Below are positions 23,836 to 35,411 of a stretch of DNA of 64,000 nt, in pieces. The notes beneath the pieces are model-generated. The model had not been told where the DNA came from, ran no database searches, and was given only the letters and a program-made list of their open reading frames with translations. Each line of letters begins with the position of its first letter. The first letter of the stretch is position 1. A program made the position numbers and the translations under genes. Origin of the DNA: an uncultured Hormoscilla sp. (GTDB lineage: Bacteria > Cyanobacteriota > Cyanobacteriia > Cyanobacteriales > Desertifilaceae); the NCBI GenBank assembly GCA_963921275.4, contig OZ001293.3, positions 2,400,001 to 2,464,000 of the forward strand, in the 5' to 3' direction.

Positions 23836-24948
23836 TTAAAGAGCTCGATAAAATTCTTCGGCGATCGCCGCAATATGGGCTGCGCGATCGAGACGATTGA
23901 CAATGCGTCGGGCATTGTAAAAATCTCGGCGGGAACCCCAGATATATCGACCCAACCTGTGATTGGTAAAGGTTCCATCCCGCATCCCGATTACCAGGAT
24001 CTTGGCGGCGATCTCTGGTTCGGCTGCTTTTTCTGGAAAATTCACCAGATCGATTCCCAGGCGACGAGACCAATCTGTATAATTTCGCCGTCCCGTGATT
24101 TGCACAAAGCCTCGTCCCTTATAGCGAGGTCCATCTCCCGACCGATTATTGCCCAAGTCCGATCGCCATTCATAGGCCCAACCGCTAGCTAATTCTTCCA
24201 TCCACTGTCCTAGACGAGATTCATGTTCCGCTGTTGCCAAAATGTAGGCGATTTGCCCCAGATCGATCACGCCATTGATATCGCAGGACCGCAGGATTAA
24301 AGGAATCGACTCCCAAGCATAGGGATGCAGTTCCCGGTAGGGAATCGAAGCGATAATCCTGTCCAAATTCAGAGAACTGATCAGGTTATTATAGGGCAGA
24401 TACACTTCTATAGGTTCGTTCCATAATAATGACCAGGTTTCCTGACCCACAATGCCATCGGCCACTAGACCCCGACTATTCTGGAAATTCTTCACCGCAT
24501 TCAGGGTATTGGGTCCAAACAACCCATCCGATAGTTCAGACGGTCCCATAAACCCCTCTTTTTTCAGTAGGTCCTGAAGGGTTCTGACTTCCGGAAGCAA
24601 CTGAGGATAATCAATGCCATCCCGGATCCGGAGTACAGCATGTCTTCTCAGCTTCCCCGAGGTTGCCTCTTTGGCCTTGAACAAGGCGTCCCAAATGTAG
24701 CTCCAGACTACCCCATCCGCAATTAAGCTGCGACTTTCCTGGAAACGTTTCACCGCTGCCTCGGTTTTTGGTCCAAATCGGCCCTCACCGGTCTCGTTTC
24801 TCCCTATCCACCGGTCAAACACGGTCGCCTTGTCCTTCAGAAATCCCAGTTCGATCAGTAATTTTTGCAGCAGCTTGACTGACTCTCTTAACTCAGGGTA
24901 GTCTATGCCATCTCCCCGACGCAGGACTGGATATTCGTTGGTTAACAT
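23836..24948 (-). CDS. Two peptidoglycan-binding domains plus glycoside hydrolase family 19 (lysozyme/chitinase-like)
   Basis: FGPKTEAAVKRFQ...ADG x2; AYILATAEHES, GDGPRYKGRGFVQITGRRNY. Confidence 0.88.
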   Translation of the reverse strand: MLTNEYPVLRRGDGIDYPELRESVKLLQKLLIELGFLKDKATVFDRWIGRNETGEGRFGPKTEAAVKRFQESRSLIADGVVWSYIWDALFKAKEATSGKLRRHAVLRIRDGIDYPQLLPEVRTLQDLLKKEGFMGPSELSDGLFGPNTLNAVKNFQNSRGLVADGIVGQETWSLLWNEPIEVYLPYNNLISSLNLDRIIASIPYRELHPYAWESIPLILRSCDINGVIDLGQIAYILATAEHESRLGQWMEELASGWAYEWRSDLGNNRSGDGPRYKGRGFVQITGRRNYTDWSRRLGIDLVNFPEKAAEPEIAAKILVIGMRDGTFTNHRLGRYIWGSRRDFYNARRIVNRLDRAAHIAAIAEEFYRAL

Positions 24949-25322
24949 TGATGTCGTGCTCCCTTTAGTTTCCTTCCATCCAATTTATCACAACCGTAGG
25001 GCGGGCGGATCGCCTGCCCGGGAAGGCGATTTTTCCCCCGTGCAATCACACGATCCATCGCTAAGAAGCCAGATTAACTCACACTATGGGCTGGTGTAAG
25101 ATAGAATAGGGGCAGCAGCAATAGGCGATCTACCCCACCGCCATCGACATGGGGTTTCTGGAACCCGATATCCCCACCAACGACTATAATTTGCCATCAC
25201 GGAGCTTTACTTTGAAACTATAACAATCACAAATCGCTAAACTGGAAAACTTTCTGGAAAAATTTAAATCCGAGACCTATCCGGATCCCTCTTCTCTTTT
25301 ACACACTCAAATTACGCATCAA

Positions 25323-25832
25323 ATGTTCGCTAAGTTCGTGCAACTTTTTCCTTTGTCACCCCATGCTAAAATATTGGATATCGGATGCGGTCAAGGGGTG
25401 GCTCTGCAATTATTTAAAAGTCAAGGCTTTGACCCGATCGGCATTACCCTCAACAGTCAAGATGTAGCTGTCTGCCAGCAAAGAGGTTATCAAGTCTATG
25501 AAATGGATCAATCTTTCTTAGACTTCGCCGATGCATCCTTTGATTTTGTCTGGTGCCGACATTGTCTCGAACACAGCATCTTTCCCTATTTTACCCTAAG
25601 TGAAATCCACAGGGTTCTCAAACCCCAAGGATATCTTTATATAGAATTACCTGCCCCTGATACCAGTTGTAAGCATCAGGCGAATGGAAATCACTACAGC
25701 GTTTTGGGAAAAAACATGTGGACGGAATTAATTAAGCGATTGGGGTTTGAAGCTTTGCAGGTTTTTGATATCAACTTTCATACGCCTATGGGTCCGGATA
25801 TATATTGGGCGATGATTCAGAAAAAGCTTTAA
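25323..25832 (+). CDS. Class I SAM-dependent methyltransferase (frame open further upstream, to a stop near 25221)
   Basis: ILDIGCGQG, SFDFV, EIHRVLKPQG. Confidence 0.8.
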   Translation: MFAKFVQLFPLSPHAKILDIGCGQGVALQLFKSQGFDPIGITLNSQDVAVCQQRGYQVYEMDQSFLDFADASFDFVWCRHCLEHSIFPYFTLSEIHRVLKPQGYLYIELPAPDTSCKHQANGNHYSVLGKNMWTELIKRLGFEALQVFDINFHTPMGPDIYWAMIQKKL

Positions 25833-25875
25833 TTTGGAATTGGGGATGGAAAATTGCCCCATTTTCCATTCCCAA

Positions 25876-27446
25876 TTATAGGCTGATTCTTTGAATTCGC
25901 TGATTCCGCATTTCAGGATAGCGATCGACTATATTCTTGTTTAAGTAAATACACTTACCTAGATGCACCCGTTCTGCATGCATGTTACTAAGCAGTAGCT
26001 TTTGAGCGATCGTTTGTTCTATTTCACATCTGTCTGATTCTGAATAATATTCTAGATACAGAATATCGATATTTTCTACTACTGTCATTAGATCTTTGAG
26101 AATTGGGACTTCACAACCGGCAGTGTTGATTTTCAAAATGGAAATGTTCTGCAAATTGAGACGCTGCATTTCTTTGGCAGTCCGTACCAGTTGAATTGAT
26201 TCCCTTATGTGACTTGCTGACTGACTTGCCATCACCGTGGCGAAATTACCCGCTCCTTTGTACAATGTTACTTCATTTTTGTCCCGATCGAACAGGCCAT
26301 AGGGAAAAACCTGGATCCGATCGAAGTCTTTCGTATTCTCTTTCAAGTAGGCAAAGTTCTCTGGTGATGGTTCATAGCAGTAGATTTTGCTCTGGGGATG
26401 GCGTTGCAGAAATATAGGGCCGTAGCACCTATGTTAGCTCCTACATCGATAATAGTTGTTGCCTGGTAATTAGGCAAATGGATGATGGGATAATTTTTGC
26501 CATAAAAAACATTCAAGATCTCATCCCCTCTTGTCCGCGGGTGCAGAAATAATACTTCTCGATCCTGCACCTTGATTCTCATTTTTTCCGCCGAAAATTT
26601 TCCATTCTCTTTCCCCGGCCCTCGATTATATTTATCGATTAAATAAGCGAGATTTGTCTCTTCTATTTGATTCGCTAAAACATGTAATTTCCTTTCCTCT
26701 TCTGGCATCCCTTCACCAGTCTCGGCCCGCACAATTTGTTTGTCGAAGTTGTTTCCTGGATATCTAATGTATTCCACTGTCTCTATGGGAATTTTCTCTA
26801 TCTTAAAGAATCTCCATAAATACTTCTGATAGGCGCAATCTTCACGTCCGACTTGCCTATATACTAAATCCTCCGGATATCCCTCGATGAATTCATGGCA
26901 TTCCCTTCTTATGCATAGGTCGAGTACTATCGTGTTCTCGACCGCCAGTTTCCACTTCTGATTGACTTTATCTTTAATTTTGACTCCTGTCTTGATCCCA
27001 TCAAGTCTGTTTTTCGGTAAGTGAATTGTTCGATCTCCTAGGGCGAAACTTCCGTCGGCATTTGACGAATCAGGGTCATAATTTAAACCCATAAAGCACA
27101 CATAGATATGTTCTGGCAAATAGAGATCGTCGTCATCACAGAAAAATAATATTTCTCCCTGATAATTTTTCACTCCTGTATTTCTGGTCGCTGATAGACC
27201 TCTATTTTGGGAATGATTTATTATCTTAAATGGATATTTTTTCCCGACAAACTGACTCAGATAATATAATGTATTATCTGTCGAACAGTCTTTCACGGCA
27301 ATGATTTCTGATTTGACTTCCTCTGGGCGATCGCAGTTAGCATAAAAAAAATCTATGCTCTCTATTATACTCTGGATCGTCCTGTTGATTACGCCTCTTC
27401 TTTCGCAATTATATGTCAATATTATCACTGAAAATGAACTTACCAT
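25876..27446 (-). pseudogene. GT2 glycosyltransferase-FkbM methyltransferase fusion, frameshifted near 26400
   Basis: SVIILTYN, NRGLSATRN, FCDDDD; IIDVGANIG; downstream ILKINTAGCEVPIL lies in another frame. Confidence 0.75.
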
Positions 27447-27535
27447 TGTTTTTATCTCTTCTGCTTTTTCACTGGGGGGATATTTTATATCAAAGTCGAT
27501 TTTTCCATCCCCCTATTCGATTTTTCGCGCAGCGA

Positions 27536-28744
27536 TCATACTACATCTGCAATTACCTTTAGCAGGCGATCGACCTGTTTTTTCCAGGTCAAGTCTTGCA
27601 TGAATGCTACTGCTGCTTGACCCCGTTTTTTTGCTGCTTCCCGATCATTATACACTTTTTCCAGATTTTCCACCACTTCCTCAACGTCAGACTCTCCCCA
27701 ACCTTCTACTCCCGGGAATATGGCCGTGGGTTGCACTGCATCCTGCTTTCTGAGAGGATAACAATGGTCCTCTGCGATTATGTCTAGATGACCAGTGTTC
27801 CCTGAGATGATTGTCGGTATGCCACAGGCCAGACATTCCATCGCTGCCAGATTTGTTCCTCCTTCACACCTGTTGGTAAATACGGCCACATCTGCTTCCC
27901 GGATAATCTGTCCTACCAGATGATTGGGAAGGGGTCCGATATCTATTACCGCCTCACCGGGAATGCCATTTGCTACTAACCATTCGGTAATTCGCAAGCG
28001 CTTATCCTGGGTTACCTGGGGCAATCCTACCACATTTCCCGTCTGTTCTAGTCCGGCCATAAACTGGGGCCAAAAGTTGTGCCACGCTGTGAGTAGCAAT
28101 GCCTCGGAATGCCTCTGTTGGAAACCCTTGAAGGCCGCGATCTCGATATCCTGACCTTTCCGATATTCTAGCTTGCCTCCTGAGAAGATGACAAATCGAT
28201 CGGCAAATAGGTTTGATTTGGGGGCGGGATGGAATATGGTCGGGTCTATGCCTTGGAAGATCGCTGCTACATGGTTTAGTCCATAGCTTTTCAGGACTTC
28301 CGCGTTCCAGGTCGAACCTCCTACTATCAGATCGTAGCTTTTCGCCTTGGCGATCGCATCTGGAGTCAACCAAGTATTCTCAAAGAAGATCATCGCCACC
28401 GTCGGTTCCCCTGCCACATTTCTCGTTATTTTCGTCCTGAAGTTATTTCCATAGGACCGCAATACTGGGACATTGAAACCAATTCGCTTGCCTGGGTTTT
28501 GGTCGATCAATCTCTGAATCTGCTGCTGCTTGGCCATTAGAGGAAGAAGTAGCATCTGATGCAGGGGATTTACCAAGTCAGACGTTGTTTTTGGGCTACT
28601 TAACAATAGTAGCTCAAATCCCGGCTTTTGTCCCAATTGCAGGGCTAAGTTCAAACCATACACCTGCCAACCGCTTCTATACCCCACAGGCCAGTCAATT
28701 GCTAGTCCTTTGATTTTATCTGTTTCTGACCTTTCCTTGACCAT
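27536..28744 (-). CDS. GT4 glycosyltransferase (probably the C-terminal module of a broken TPR-GT gene)
   Basis: GGKLEYRKGQD, NRCEGGTNLAAMECLACGIPTI; upstream WQSVFAKVASAL remnant and a 43-bp duplication. Confidence 0.8.
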   Translation of the reverse strand: MVKERSETDKIKGLAIDWPVGYRSGWQVYGLNLALQLGQKPGFELLLLSSPKTTSDLVNPLHQMLLLPLMAKQQQIQRLIDQNPGKRIGFNVPVLRSYGNNFRTKITRNVAGEPTVAMIFFENTWLTPDAIAKAKSYDLIVGGSTWNAEVLKSYGLNHVAAIFQGIDPTIFHPAPKSNLFADRFVIFSGGKLEYRKGQDIEIAAFKGFQQRHSEALLLTAWHNFWPQFMAGLEQTGNVVGLPQVTQDKRLRITEWLVANGIPGEAVIDIGPLPNHLVGQIIREADVAVFTNRCEGGTNLAAMECLACGIPTIISGNTGHLDIIAEDHCYPLRKQDAVQPTAIFPGVEGWGESDVEEVVENLEKVYNDREAAKKRGQAAVAFMQDLTWKKQVDRLLKVIADVV

Positions 28745-28971
28745 ACTATCCGTTTATTTTATCTGTTTCTGACCTTTTCTTGACCATACTATCCGTTGTC
28801 TGTGCTTTTGGCAAGCTGCCTAGGGCCGATGCTACCTTAGCAAACACAGATTGCCACTTAACATCTAACTTGTCCTGATGGACAGCACACGAGAGGTTAC
28901 TTCGTTCCCTAACAACATTTCGCGATACCTTTAGGTCCACACTATACCCCGGGAGCTATTTGAGTACTATA

Positions 28972-29983
28972 ACTCAAGTTGCGACCTATAAAAATTGGAT
29001 ACAAAAAGCTATGATAAAGAGAATTATTTTCAACTCTAATCCCTTAGATGTAACAGCATGAATTGACTTGGGAAACAAATTGGTGATTCGACTAAAACAG
29101 GTTTCAACTTGTTTTCTTGTTACTTTTTGTATATATTCAAAACAAGAATATTCTTTTCTTTTTGAGTTCTTTTTTCGCAAAGGTTTTAACATTATACTTG
29201 ACGACTCTTTTAGTAAATCCTCTAATTGATAATCATTATAAGCTTTATCTCCATAAACTATTGAATTTGATGGTAAGTCAAAGCCAAAAGATTGCAAAAC
29301 TTTAACATCATTATAACTACCAGGATCTAGATAAAATTCTATTGGCTTTCCATTTTTGTTTACCAACATATGAACTCTTAATCCATAAAAATAACGTTTT
29401 TTACTGGCAATATACCCTCGATATTCTTCCTTGTTATAAATTTGGCATCTATCAATCCTAATATTATCACATACTGGCACCGGGAAACTATCAAGAATAT
29501 ATTCTTGACCCGGATTGAGCTCTTTAAATGTTTGAGCTATAACTTGGAAGAAAAACATCCAAATTGGTTCCTCAATATTGTGTAATCGACGATTGAACCT
29601 ACTTTTACTTAACAGATTTTTTATATACTTGTGTTCGACCATAAATTGACAAGAGCGATCGTGGTGTCCTCCGAAAAAATATGCAGCAACTAATCCGACT
29701 GTCATCACTTCGGCATTGTTCATTTTTACTTGTGGATCTTCTTTTATATTTAACGCTTTTAGTAGCTCGTCACAAAGAACAAAAATTGTTGTAATCATAT
29801 CTTCCATCATCTACATCCCCCAGCAATTAACTATTATTTTAGTACATTATAACCTATAAACAGCCAACCCGCCGTCTAGCACAAAAAAAATATAATTTTG
29901 TATCAAAAGCTACGAAATATCCCAAATATCTGTAAAGTCTAAGTGGGTAATTCATATTTTTTTTAATAGGTCGCAACTTAGGT
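28972..29983 (-). mobile_element. IS982-family element, copy 1
   Basis: TIR ACTCAAGTTGCGACC / GGTCGCAACTTAGGT; 7-bp TSD TACTATA. Confidence 0.92.
28986..29810 (-). CDS. IS982 transposase
   Basis: LSKSRFNRR, ILDSFPVPVC, YFYGLRVH, GDKAY, RKQVETCFS. Confidence 0.92.
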   Translation of the reverse strand: MMEDMITTIFVLCDELLKALNIKEDPQVKMNNAEVMTVGLVAAYFFGGHHDRSCQFMVEHKYIKNLLSKSRFNRRLHNIEEPIWMFFFQVIAQTFKELNPGQEYILDSFPVPVCDNIRIDRCQIYNKEEYRGYIASKKRYFYGLRVHMLVNKNGKPIEFYLDPGSYNDVKVLQSFGFDLPSNSIVYGDKAYNDYQLEDLLKESSSIMLKPLRKKNSKRKEYSCFEYIQKVTRKQVETCFSRITNLFPKSIHAVTSKGLELKIILFIIAFCIQFL

Positions 29984-30444
29984 TACTATATTAGCCAGAG
30001 TCTAAAACTAATACTAGCTACCATTTCCTTTTTAGGCCAGCGCATATAGCCTTATTTCGCTGGTTCCTTATAACGAGGCTTGCACATGTTTGCCTGCTCT
30101 AACCTTGGATATCTTTCCTAGCGGCGTCACCGGCTTAGGCTGCCAGTTATCCTACATTTGAGTCCTCGCTTAGCACCACGATGATGTCGCTTCGTAGCAC
30201 CGAGGACCGGTGTCACCCCCGTACCTGGGGGGAGGGGAATTTAACCCCCATGCGGTCAGAGTTCCCGGCTAATGAAACCGGGCTAGCGTTCCGTGTTTGA
30301 CCACGTTAGGCTAGAACGAATCGCACAAACTCATTAAGGGGGCATAGCACATGATGTTTTTGTTTGCACTATCAATATTATACCACGCGCGAGAATATAT
30401 TTCCTGAAAAATATATAAATTCCTGGAAATCATACTTTAGTTAT

Positions 30445-31273
30445 CAACAGTCAAATGCTGGTAAAGCATCTCCCGTGGTTAGCACTTGTTCTATCCCTGA
30501 TATCGTAGCAAACAAGCGTTTCAACTCTAGAGGACAAGCAACGATCGCCTTCCCCCCCTTTCTTGCACTGCACTCACGTACCGGATAAACTGGATCGAGT
30601 CCCCATATCCTTGTTCCACATGTAGGAATATGGTCCCTCCTGCTAATGAAGATCCATCCCAGAGAGGTCGATCGATGGACAGGGAATTTTTCCGGGCGAA
30701 CTCACTCCATTGCCAGCGCCACTCACATTCCGCAAAGCCATTTTGCAAGTCCCCCGATAGCAATAATGCCATGCCGAGATAATAATGGGCTTCCGCGTAG
30801 TCTGGTTCTAATCGCCTGCCGGTAATGCCCGATCGCCTCTGTAATATTTCTCTGTTCCTGATAGGCACTGCCCAGGTTACAATGATCTACAGCAGAGTCC
30901 GGTTCCAGTTGATGGCCTTCCGGAAATAAGCGATCGCCTCATCTATCTTGCCCTGTTTTTCTAGGACTAGACCTATGTTATTATGTGATTTATAACTATT
31001 TTTGCCTTTTGAGGCTAGGGACTGCTCGTATAATCCGAGCGCCCGATCGTACCGGCCCCGAGCATAGGCGATATCCCCTAGTATGTGAAGCGCATCTGCA
31101 TGGTTAGGTTCCTGCCCGAGTATGTCAAAACATATCTGTTCTGCTTTCCTTACCTTTCCTGTTTGGTAATGGACAACTGCCTCATAAATTAATTGAGAAT
31201 CTCCTAATTTAGAGTTAACTTGCTTTGCTCTCCTGCCCACTTTTTGTTTTTGCCTTTTGCCGCGCTTTGCCAT
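30445..31273 (-). pseudogene. TPR-repeat / glycosyltransferase-type protein N-terminal part, fragmented
   Basis: TPRs (PNHADALHILG, HNNIGLVL), then PLWDGS...EQGYGDSIQFIRY; several frameshifts. Confidence 0.75.
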
Positions 31274-31397
31274 TTTGCCTTTCCCGTGCTTCTATGTTCT
31301 TTTATCACTCGGTTCTCATCAGCGTTCGCCTCTCTTCCTACCCCAGACTAAGATTGCTAATTGCTAATTCTTATTATCTAGCCAGCTCTAACATATC

Positions 31398-31799
31398 TTA
31401 CCAGAAACTCTGCATCTCGCCAGTCACTGGTCGCTTATCATCCCGTCCCGATTTTTCCGGCCGTGCCCCCCCCCGGGTTTTCGCCGTCCGGTGGGCACGG
31501 TAGGTGCGCAACGGCCCCGGTATCTGAGTATTTGTGACTATTGATCTTAACTGTCTCATACCACTACCAACTGTAGGATAAGCCAGATTGGTCGCAATTG
31601 TCAAGAGGCGATGTCTATCACTCAATTGAGCGATATGATTGCCTGTTTCGTAAACAGCAGCCATCGGTAAAAGAAATGATGTCTCGTCATTGAGAAGCAT
31701 TTCAAATTTATTCAATACTTCCTCTCTTGAATTATTCATATTGGGAATATTCAGGAACTCACAAAATATAGAGGTGTCAACAATTGCAACGGCTTTCAT
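31398..31799 (-). pseudogene. PIN-like protein downstream of AAA ATPase, C-terminally degenerate
   Basis: AIVDTSIFCEFL...LLPMAAVYETGNHIA, after which similarity appears lost. Confidence 0.55.
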
Positions 31800-31814
31800 C
31801 CACTAATCTCCATC

Positions 31815-33149
31815 TCAGCCACGAATACTAGCTAACCATTCCATTGCTTTTCGCTTCTTCTCTTCGCTTCCGGGATGGTATTTGACAAACCTTTCTAGCA
31901 AACCCAGTGTCATCAACTGTCCAACAGTACCTTGAGCAATCAATTCAGGGTAGTCTGGAATATCTCGTAATCGTACAAGTTGACTCGAACCATCATCGGG
32001 ACTGCGATAGCAAAAGACCATTTCTGGCACAGCCTCATCAGGTAGAGCATCAAGCAAGGCAGGATTATGGCTACTAATTAGAACTCGCAAATGACGTGTT
32101 TGTGCAATATTATAAATGCGCTTAAGTAAACCTTCTGCTCTACTGGGATGTACGCCATTATCAACTTCTTCAATGACAACAATGCTTTGTTCTGGAGCCG
32201 AAAACATGATCGCTGCAATTGACAGAACTAACAATGTCCCATCTGAGAGGGTTGTTGCATCATAGACAGCGGAGATGCCACCAAAGGTTTCAGTTAGCTG
32301 CAACATAACTTCCCCACGAGCAGTTTCAATAAAGCCGATCTCTTCAATATCTTGTTCTGGAAGACTTCTAACAAATTCTAATATCTCAGCCTTAATATCT
32401 GATTTTTGGCAGAGATTATAGAGAACACCAGAGATATTTTCTCCATGTTTTTCGAGCAACCGATCTGCTTTGTGACCATAATAGCGCATTGCATTAGGTT
32501 CGGGCTCCAGAAAAACGATGCCACTCAACCAACGAACATAATTATCGGCAATTCGAGGGATTTTTGTTCGACTCTCTTGATGTTCTGGACGGAAACGAAT
32601 CTCACTCAATAACTGTGTAAAAATTGCCATGTGGCTACTGCATGGGATTTTGGGCTTATTCCCACCACGTGCAAAATTTTTATATTCTACTAAAACATCG
32701 CTACCTGCCCCTTGAGGTTCACTGGTAATTTGGTATAGGGGAACGGTTGATATTGGGGCTATAATTTTTTCTTGAGTAACATGGCACTCTCCTTCATTGT
32801 CAAGCCCCAGTTCGATCTCGAAATGAGTCCAGTTTTCCAACTCTAAGGTTTCAACATCACAGGAAATTTGAAATAATTTTGCTCCTCCGTATCCAAGATT
32901 ATCAACTTTACCTCTAAAGGGCATTTCCCTCTGTTGATGAGTGTGGCCGAGAAGGCTTAATCTCTCGCCTTTGGCAAGTCTTGCCAGTAATCTGAGGGCT
33001 TCAATGAAATTGCTTTTACCTGATGCATTAGCTCCAATCAAAACGGTTAAAGACGCCAAGGGCAAAACTCCAGATCGATAGCTTTTAAGGTTTTTTACTT
33101 GAATCTGGGTAATCACTTTGATTGCTCCATTTTTATTGATATTACTCAA
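31815..33149 (-). CDS. AAA_21/ABC-type ATPase (AbiEii/PARIS-like architecture)
   Basis: Walker A GANASGKS, LSDGT, Walker B VIEEVDNGVHP, SSHNP. Confidence 0.85.
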   Translation of the reverse strand: MSNINKNGAIKVITQIQVKNLKSYRSGVLPLASLTVLIGANASGKSNFIEALRLLARLAKGERLSLLGHTHQQREMPFRGKVDNLGYGGAKLFQISCDVETLELENWTHFEIELGLDNEGECHVTQEKIIAPISTVPLYQITSEPQGAGSDVLVEYKNFARGGNKPKIPCSSHMAIFTQLLSEIRFRPEHQESRTKIPRIADNYVRWLSGIVFLEPEPNAMRYYGHKADRLLEKHGENISGVLYNLCQKSDIKAEILEFVRSLPEQDIEEIGFIETARGEVMLQLTETFGGISAVYDATTLSDGTLLVLSIAAIMFSAPEQSIVVIEEVDNGVHPSRAEGLLKRIYNIAQTRHLRVLISSHNPALLDALPDEAVPEMVFCYRSPDDGSSQLVRLRDIPDYPELIAQGTVGQLMTLGLLERFVKYHPGSEEKKRKAMEWLASIRG

Positions 33150-33158
33150 ATATTGAAC

Positions 33159-33202
33159 GGAAGCATCTCAATTTTTTTAAAGATAAAAATTGAGATGCTT
33201 CC
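33159..33202. terminator. Perfect 18-bp inverted repeat (terminator or operator)
   Basis: GGAAGCATCTCAATTTTT...AAAAATTGAGATGCTTCC between the tRNA 3' end and the ATPase start. Confidence 0.5.
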
Positions 33203-33359
33203 ATCTCCGTCATCTACGCCTGCCCTTTAGCAGATGCACCGGTTGGGTTAAGGGACGAAACCCAACTTACGCACTGCCCATCATGGTGGTAATAAACCGG
33301 TTTGGTTTCTTATGTTAACCGGTTAGGTTGAGGGACTTACCCAACCCAAGTATAATTAA

Positions 33360-33447
33360 CGGAGAGGGGGGGATTCGAACCCCCGATAGGGTTTTAGCCT
33401 ATAACGCATTTCGAGTGCGCCGCATTCAACCGCTCTGCCACCTCTCC
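33360..33447 (-). tRNA. tRNA-Ser(CGA)
   Basis: Reverse complement GGAGAGGTGGCAGAGCGG...CTCGAAA anticodon loop, long variable arm, GGTTCGAATCC; CCA not encoded. Confidence 0.93.
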
Positions 33448-33598
33448 AGGTATAGTTATTCTACTATTTTGCTTATTTTAACTCAAGGGACACGCTGCGC
33501 TGAAAATCTGGCTGCTTAGTACAATCTGTTACTCCACTCCTTATCCCAATATCCTATCACAGAAATATCATAGAAATATAGAATTTGAGGAATTTGTC

Positions 33599-33943
33599 AT
33601 GAAATACACATTTGACATCCTCGGCGTATCGCCAGTTTGGCATTTTTTTAATCACCAGCAAGAGAAGCAGGAACACCAACCCCGTGCTGGTGCGGAATAT
33701 GTGGGCAGCTACCATTGTACCCTGGATGCCTTTCTGGAATCGGTCGAGACAGTGCCTCGGACTCGCGGTTGGGAATTCGATCGGGTGGTGGACAGCGTCA
33801 TCGGCTATTGGATGAAAAACTCCGATAGCATCCGGCATTGGAAGCGGCGCTTGCAAGATGCTGGCGATCAGAACCTGTTAGTGGCCCGGGTAGCCGATGT
33901 TCATTCCTTGAAGACTGAGTTTGAATCTCTCTTGAATGGATGA
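33599..33943 (+). CDS. Conserved cyanobacterial hypothetical protein
   Basis: MKYTFDILGVSP...YHCTLDAF...WKRRLQDAG. Confidence 0.7.
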   Translation: MKYTFDILGVSPVWHFFNHQQEKQEHQPRAGAEYVGSYHCTLDAFLESVETVPRTRGWEFDRVVDSVIGYWMKNSDSIRHWKRRLQDAGDQNLLVARVADVHSLKTEFESLLNG

Positions 33944-34061
33944 TGGGCGATCGGGTAAAGGTATTCAATCAATTATGGGGTAGAAACCTGGTTTCTCGCC
34001 AGTAGCCCAGAAACCTGTTTTTTCCCATATACCTGGTTTCTTAATTCTTGATTGAATCGAA

Positions 34062-35333
34062 CTATACCGCAGCCGCCGACTGACTCAATGCTTCCTTCAA
34101 CAACTCAGCCTTATCCGTTTGTTCCCAAGGCAATTCCAGATCCGGGCGACCGAAGTGGCCGTAAGCAGCCAATTCCTGGTAAAAACGTCCGCCGCGTTCC
34201 CCTGGCAGGTTGCGCAAATTAAACGTCTGCATAATTCCTGCTGGGCGGAATTCAAATATCTTCTTGACCGCTTCCAACAGGCTATCTTCATCTACTTTGC
34301 CCGTACCAAAGGTCTCAATCAACATGCTCACAGGACGGGCCACCCCGATGGCATAGGACAGCTGCACCTCACATTTTTCTGCCAACCCAGCAGCCACAAT
34401 ATTCTTCGCCGCATACCGACAAGCATAAGCCGCACTGCGGTCTACCTTTGTGGGGTCTTTTCCAGAGAACGCGCCGCCACCGTGACGGGAATAGCCGCCA
34501 TAGGTATCGACAATGATTTTACGCCCCGTCAAGCCCGCATCCCCTTGGGGACCGCCAACCACAAATTTCTCCGTCGGGTTCACCAGAAATCTGGTTTGAT
34601 CGTCAGGCTTCACATCAATATCTGCGAAAGTGGGTTGCACCACAGCTGACCACAGGTCTTCTTTAATCTTTGCCTGCACGGCTGCTTCATCAGTAATGTT
34701 ACCAATGGTCGGCGCATGTTGGGTAGAAATCAGAATCGTGTCGATTCCCACAGGCCGTCCGTCTTCATAGGCCACCGTCACCTGACTTTTACCATCCGGA
34801 CGCAGGTAAGGCAATTGTCCCGTTTTACGCACCGCTGCCATGCGCCGACAAATCCCATGGGCCAAACTGATCGGTAAAGGCATCATTTCGGGAGTTTCGT
34901 TGCAGGCGAAGCCAAACATCAAACCTTGATCTCCGGCACCCACAGAGTCCAGCTTCTCTTCCGATTTTTCCGGAACGGTAGACATCTCCCGTTGTTCCTG
35001 GGCGCTGTTCACCCCTTGGGCAATATCAGGAGACTGTTCGTCTAAAGCAATCAAAACTGCACAGCTATTGGCAGAAAACCCACTATCGGCACCCAAGTAA
35101 CCAATCTCAGTTATTTTTTTCCGCGCTAGATTGATAAAGTTAATTTGAGCCTTGGAAGTAATTTCACCCGTAATCAAGACTAAACCTGTATTGACCACAA
35201 CTTCCGCGGCTACCCTACTGGTGGGGTCTTCGGTCAACAATGCATCCAGGATCGTGTCTGAGATTTGATCGCAGATTTTGTCTGGATGTCCTTCTGTAAC
35301 TGATTCGGAACTAAATAGATAACGACGTGTCAA
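34062..35333 (-). CDS. metK: S-adenosylmethionine synthetase
   Basis: [26 protein letters not shown]. Confidence 0.97.
   Translation of the reverse strand: MTRRYLFSSESVTEGHPDKICDQISDTILDALLTEDPTSRVAAEVVVNTGLVLITGEITSKAQINFINLARKKITEIGYLGADSGFSANSCAVLIALDEQSPDIAQGVNSAQEQREMSTVPEKSEEKLDSVGAGDQGLMFGFACNETPEMMPLPISLAHGICRRMAAVRKTGQLPYLRPDGKSQVTVAYEDGRPVGIDTILISTQHAPTIGNITDEAAVQAKIKEDLWSAVVQPTFADIDVKPDDQTRFLVNPTEKFVVGGPQGDAGLTGRKIIVDTYGGYSRHGGGAFSGKDPTKVDRSAAYACRYAAKNIVAAGLAEKCEVQLSYAIGVARPVSMLIETFGTGKVDEDSLLEAVKKIFEFRPAGIMQTFNLRNLPGERGGRFYQELAAYGHFGRPDLELPWEQTDKAELLKEALSQSAAAV
34961..34979. repeat. 19-nt micro-repeat inside metK
   Basis: CCGATTTTTCCGGAACGGT, encodes TVPEKS on the coding strand. 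Confidence 0.85.
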
Positions 35334-35411
35334 GGATATCTCCTTTCTTTGCTAAATTCTATTTTCTTGCCTACCACCCCTGCCGATCTGCGATCTCGGG
35401 GCGATCCCACT

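Larger units (their letters stand above)
28857..30326 (-). ncRNA. 3'-truncated ORF-less group II intron (copy C), interrupted by IS982
   Basis: Near identical to the 5' half of 54749-55619; GTGCG 5' end at 30326. Confidence 0.85.
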
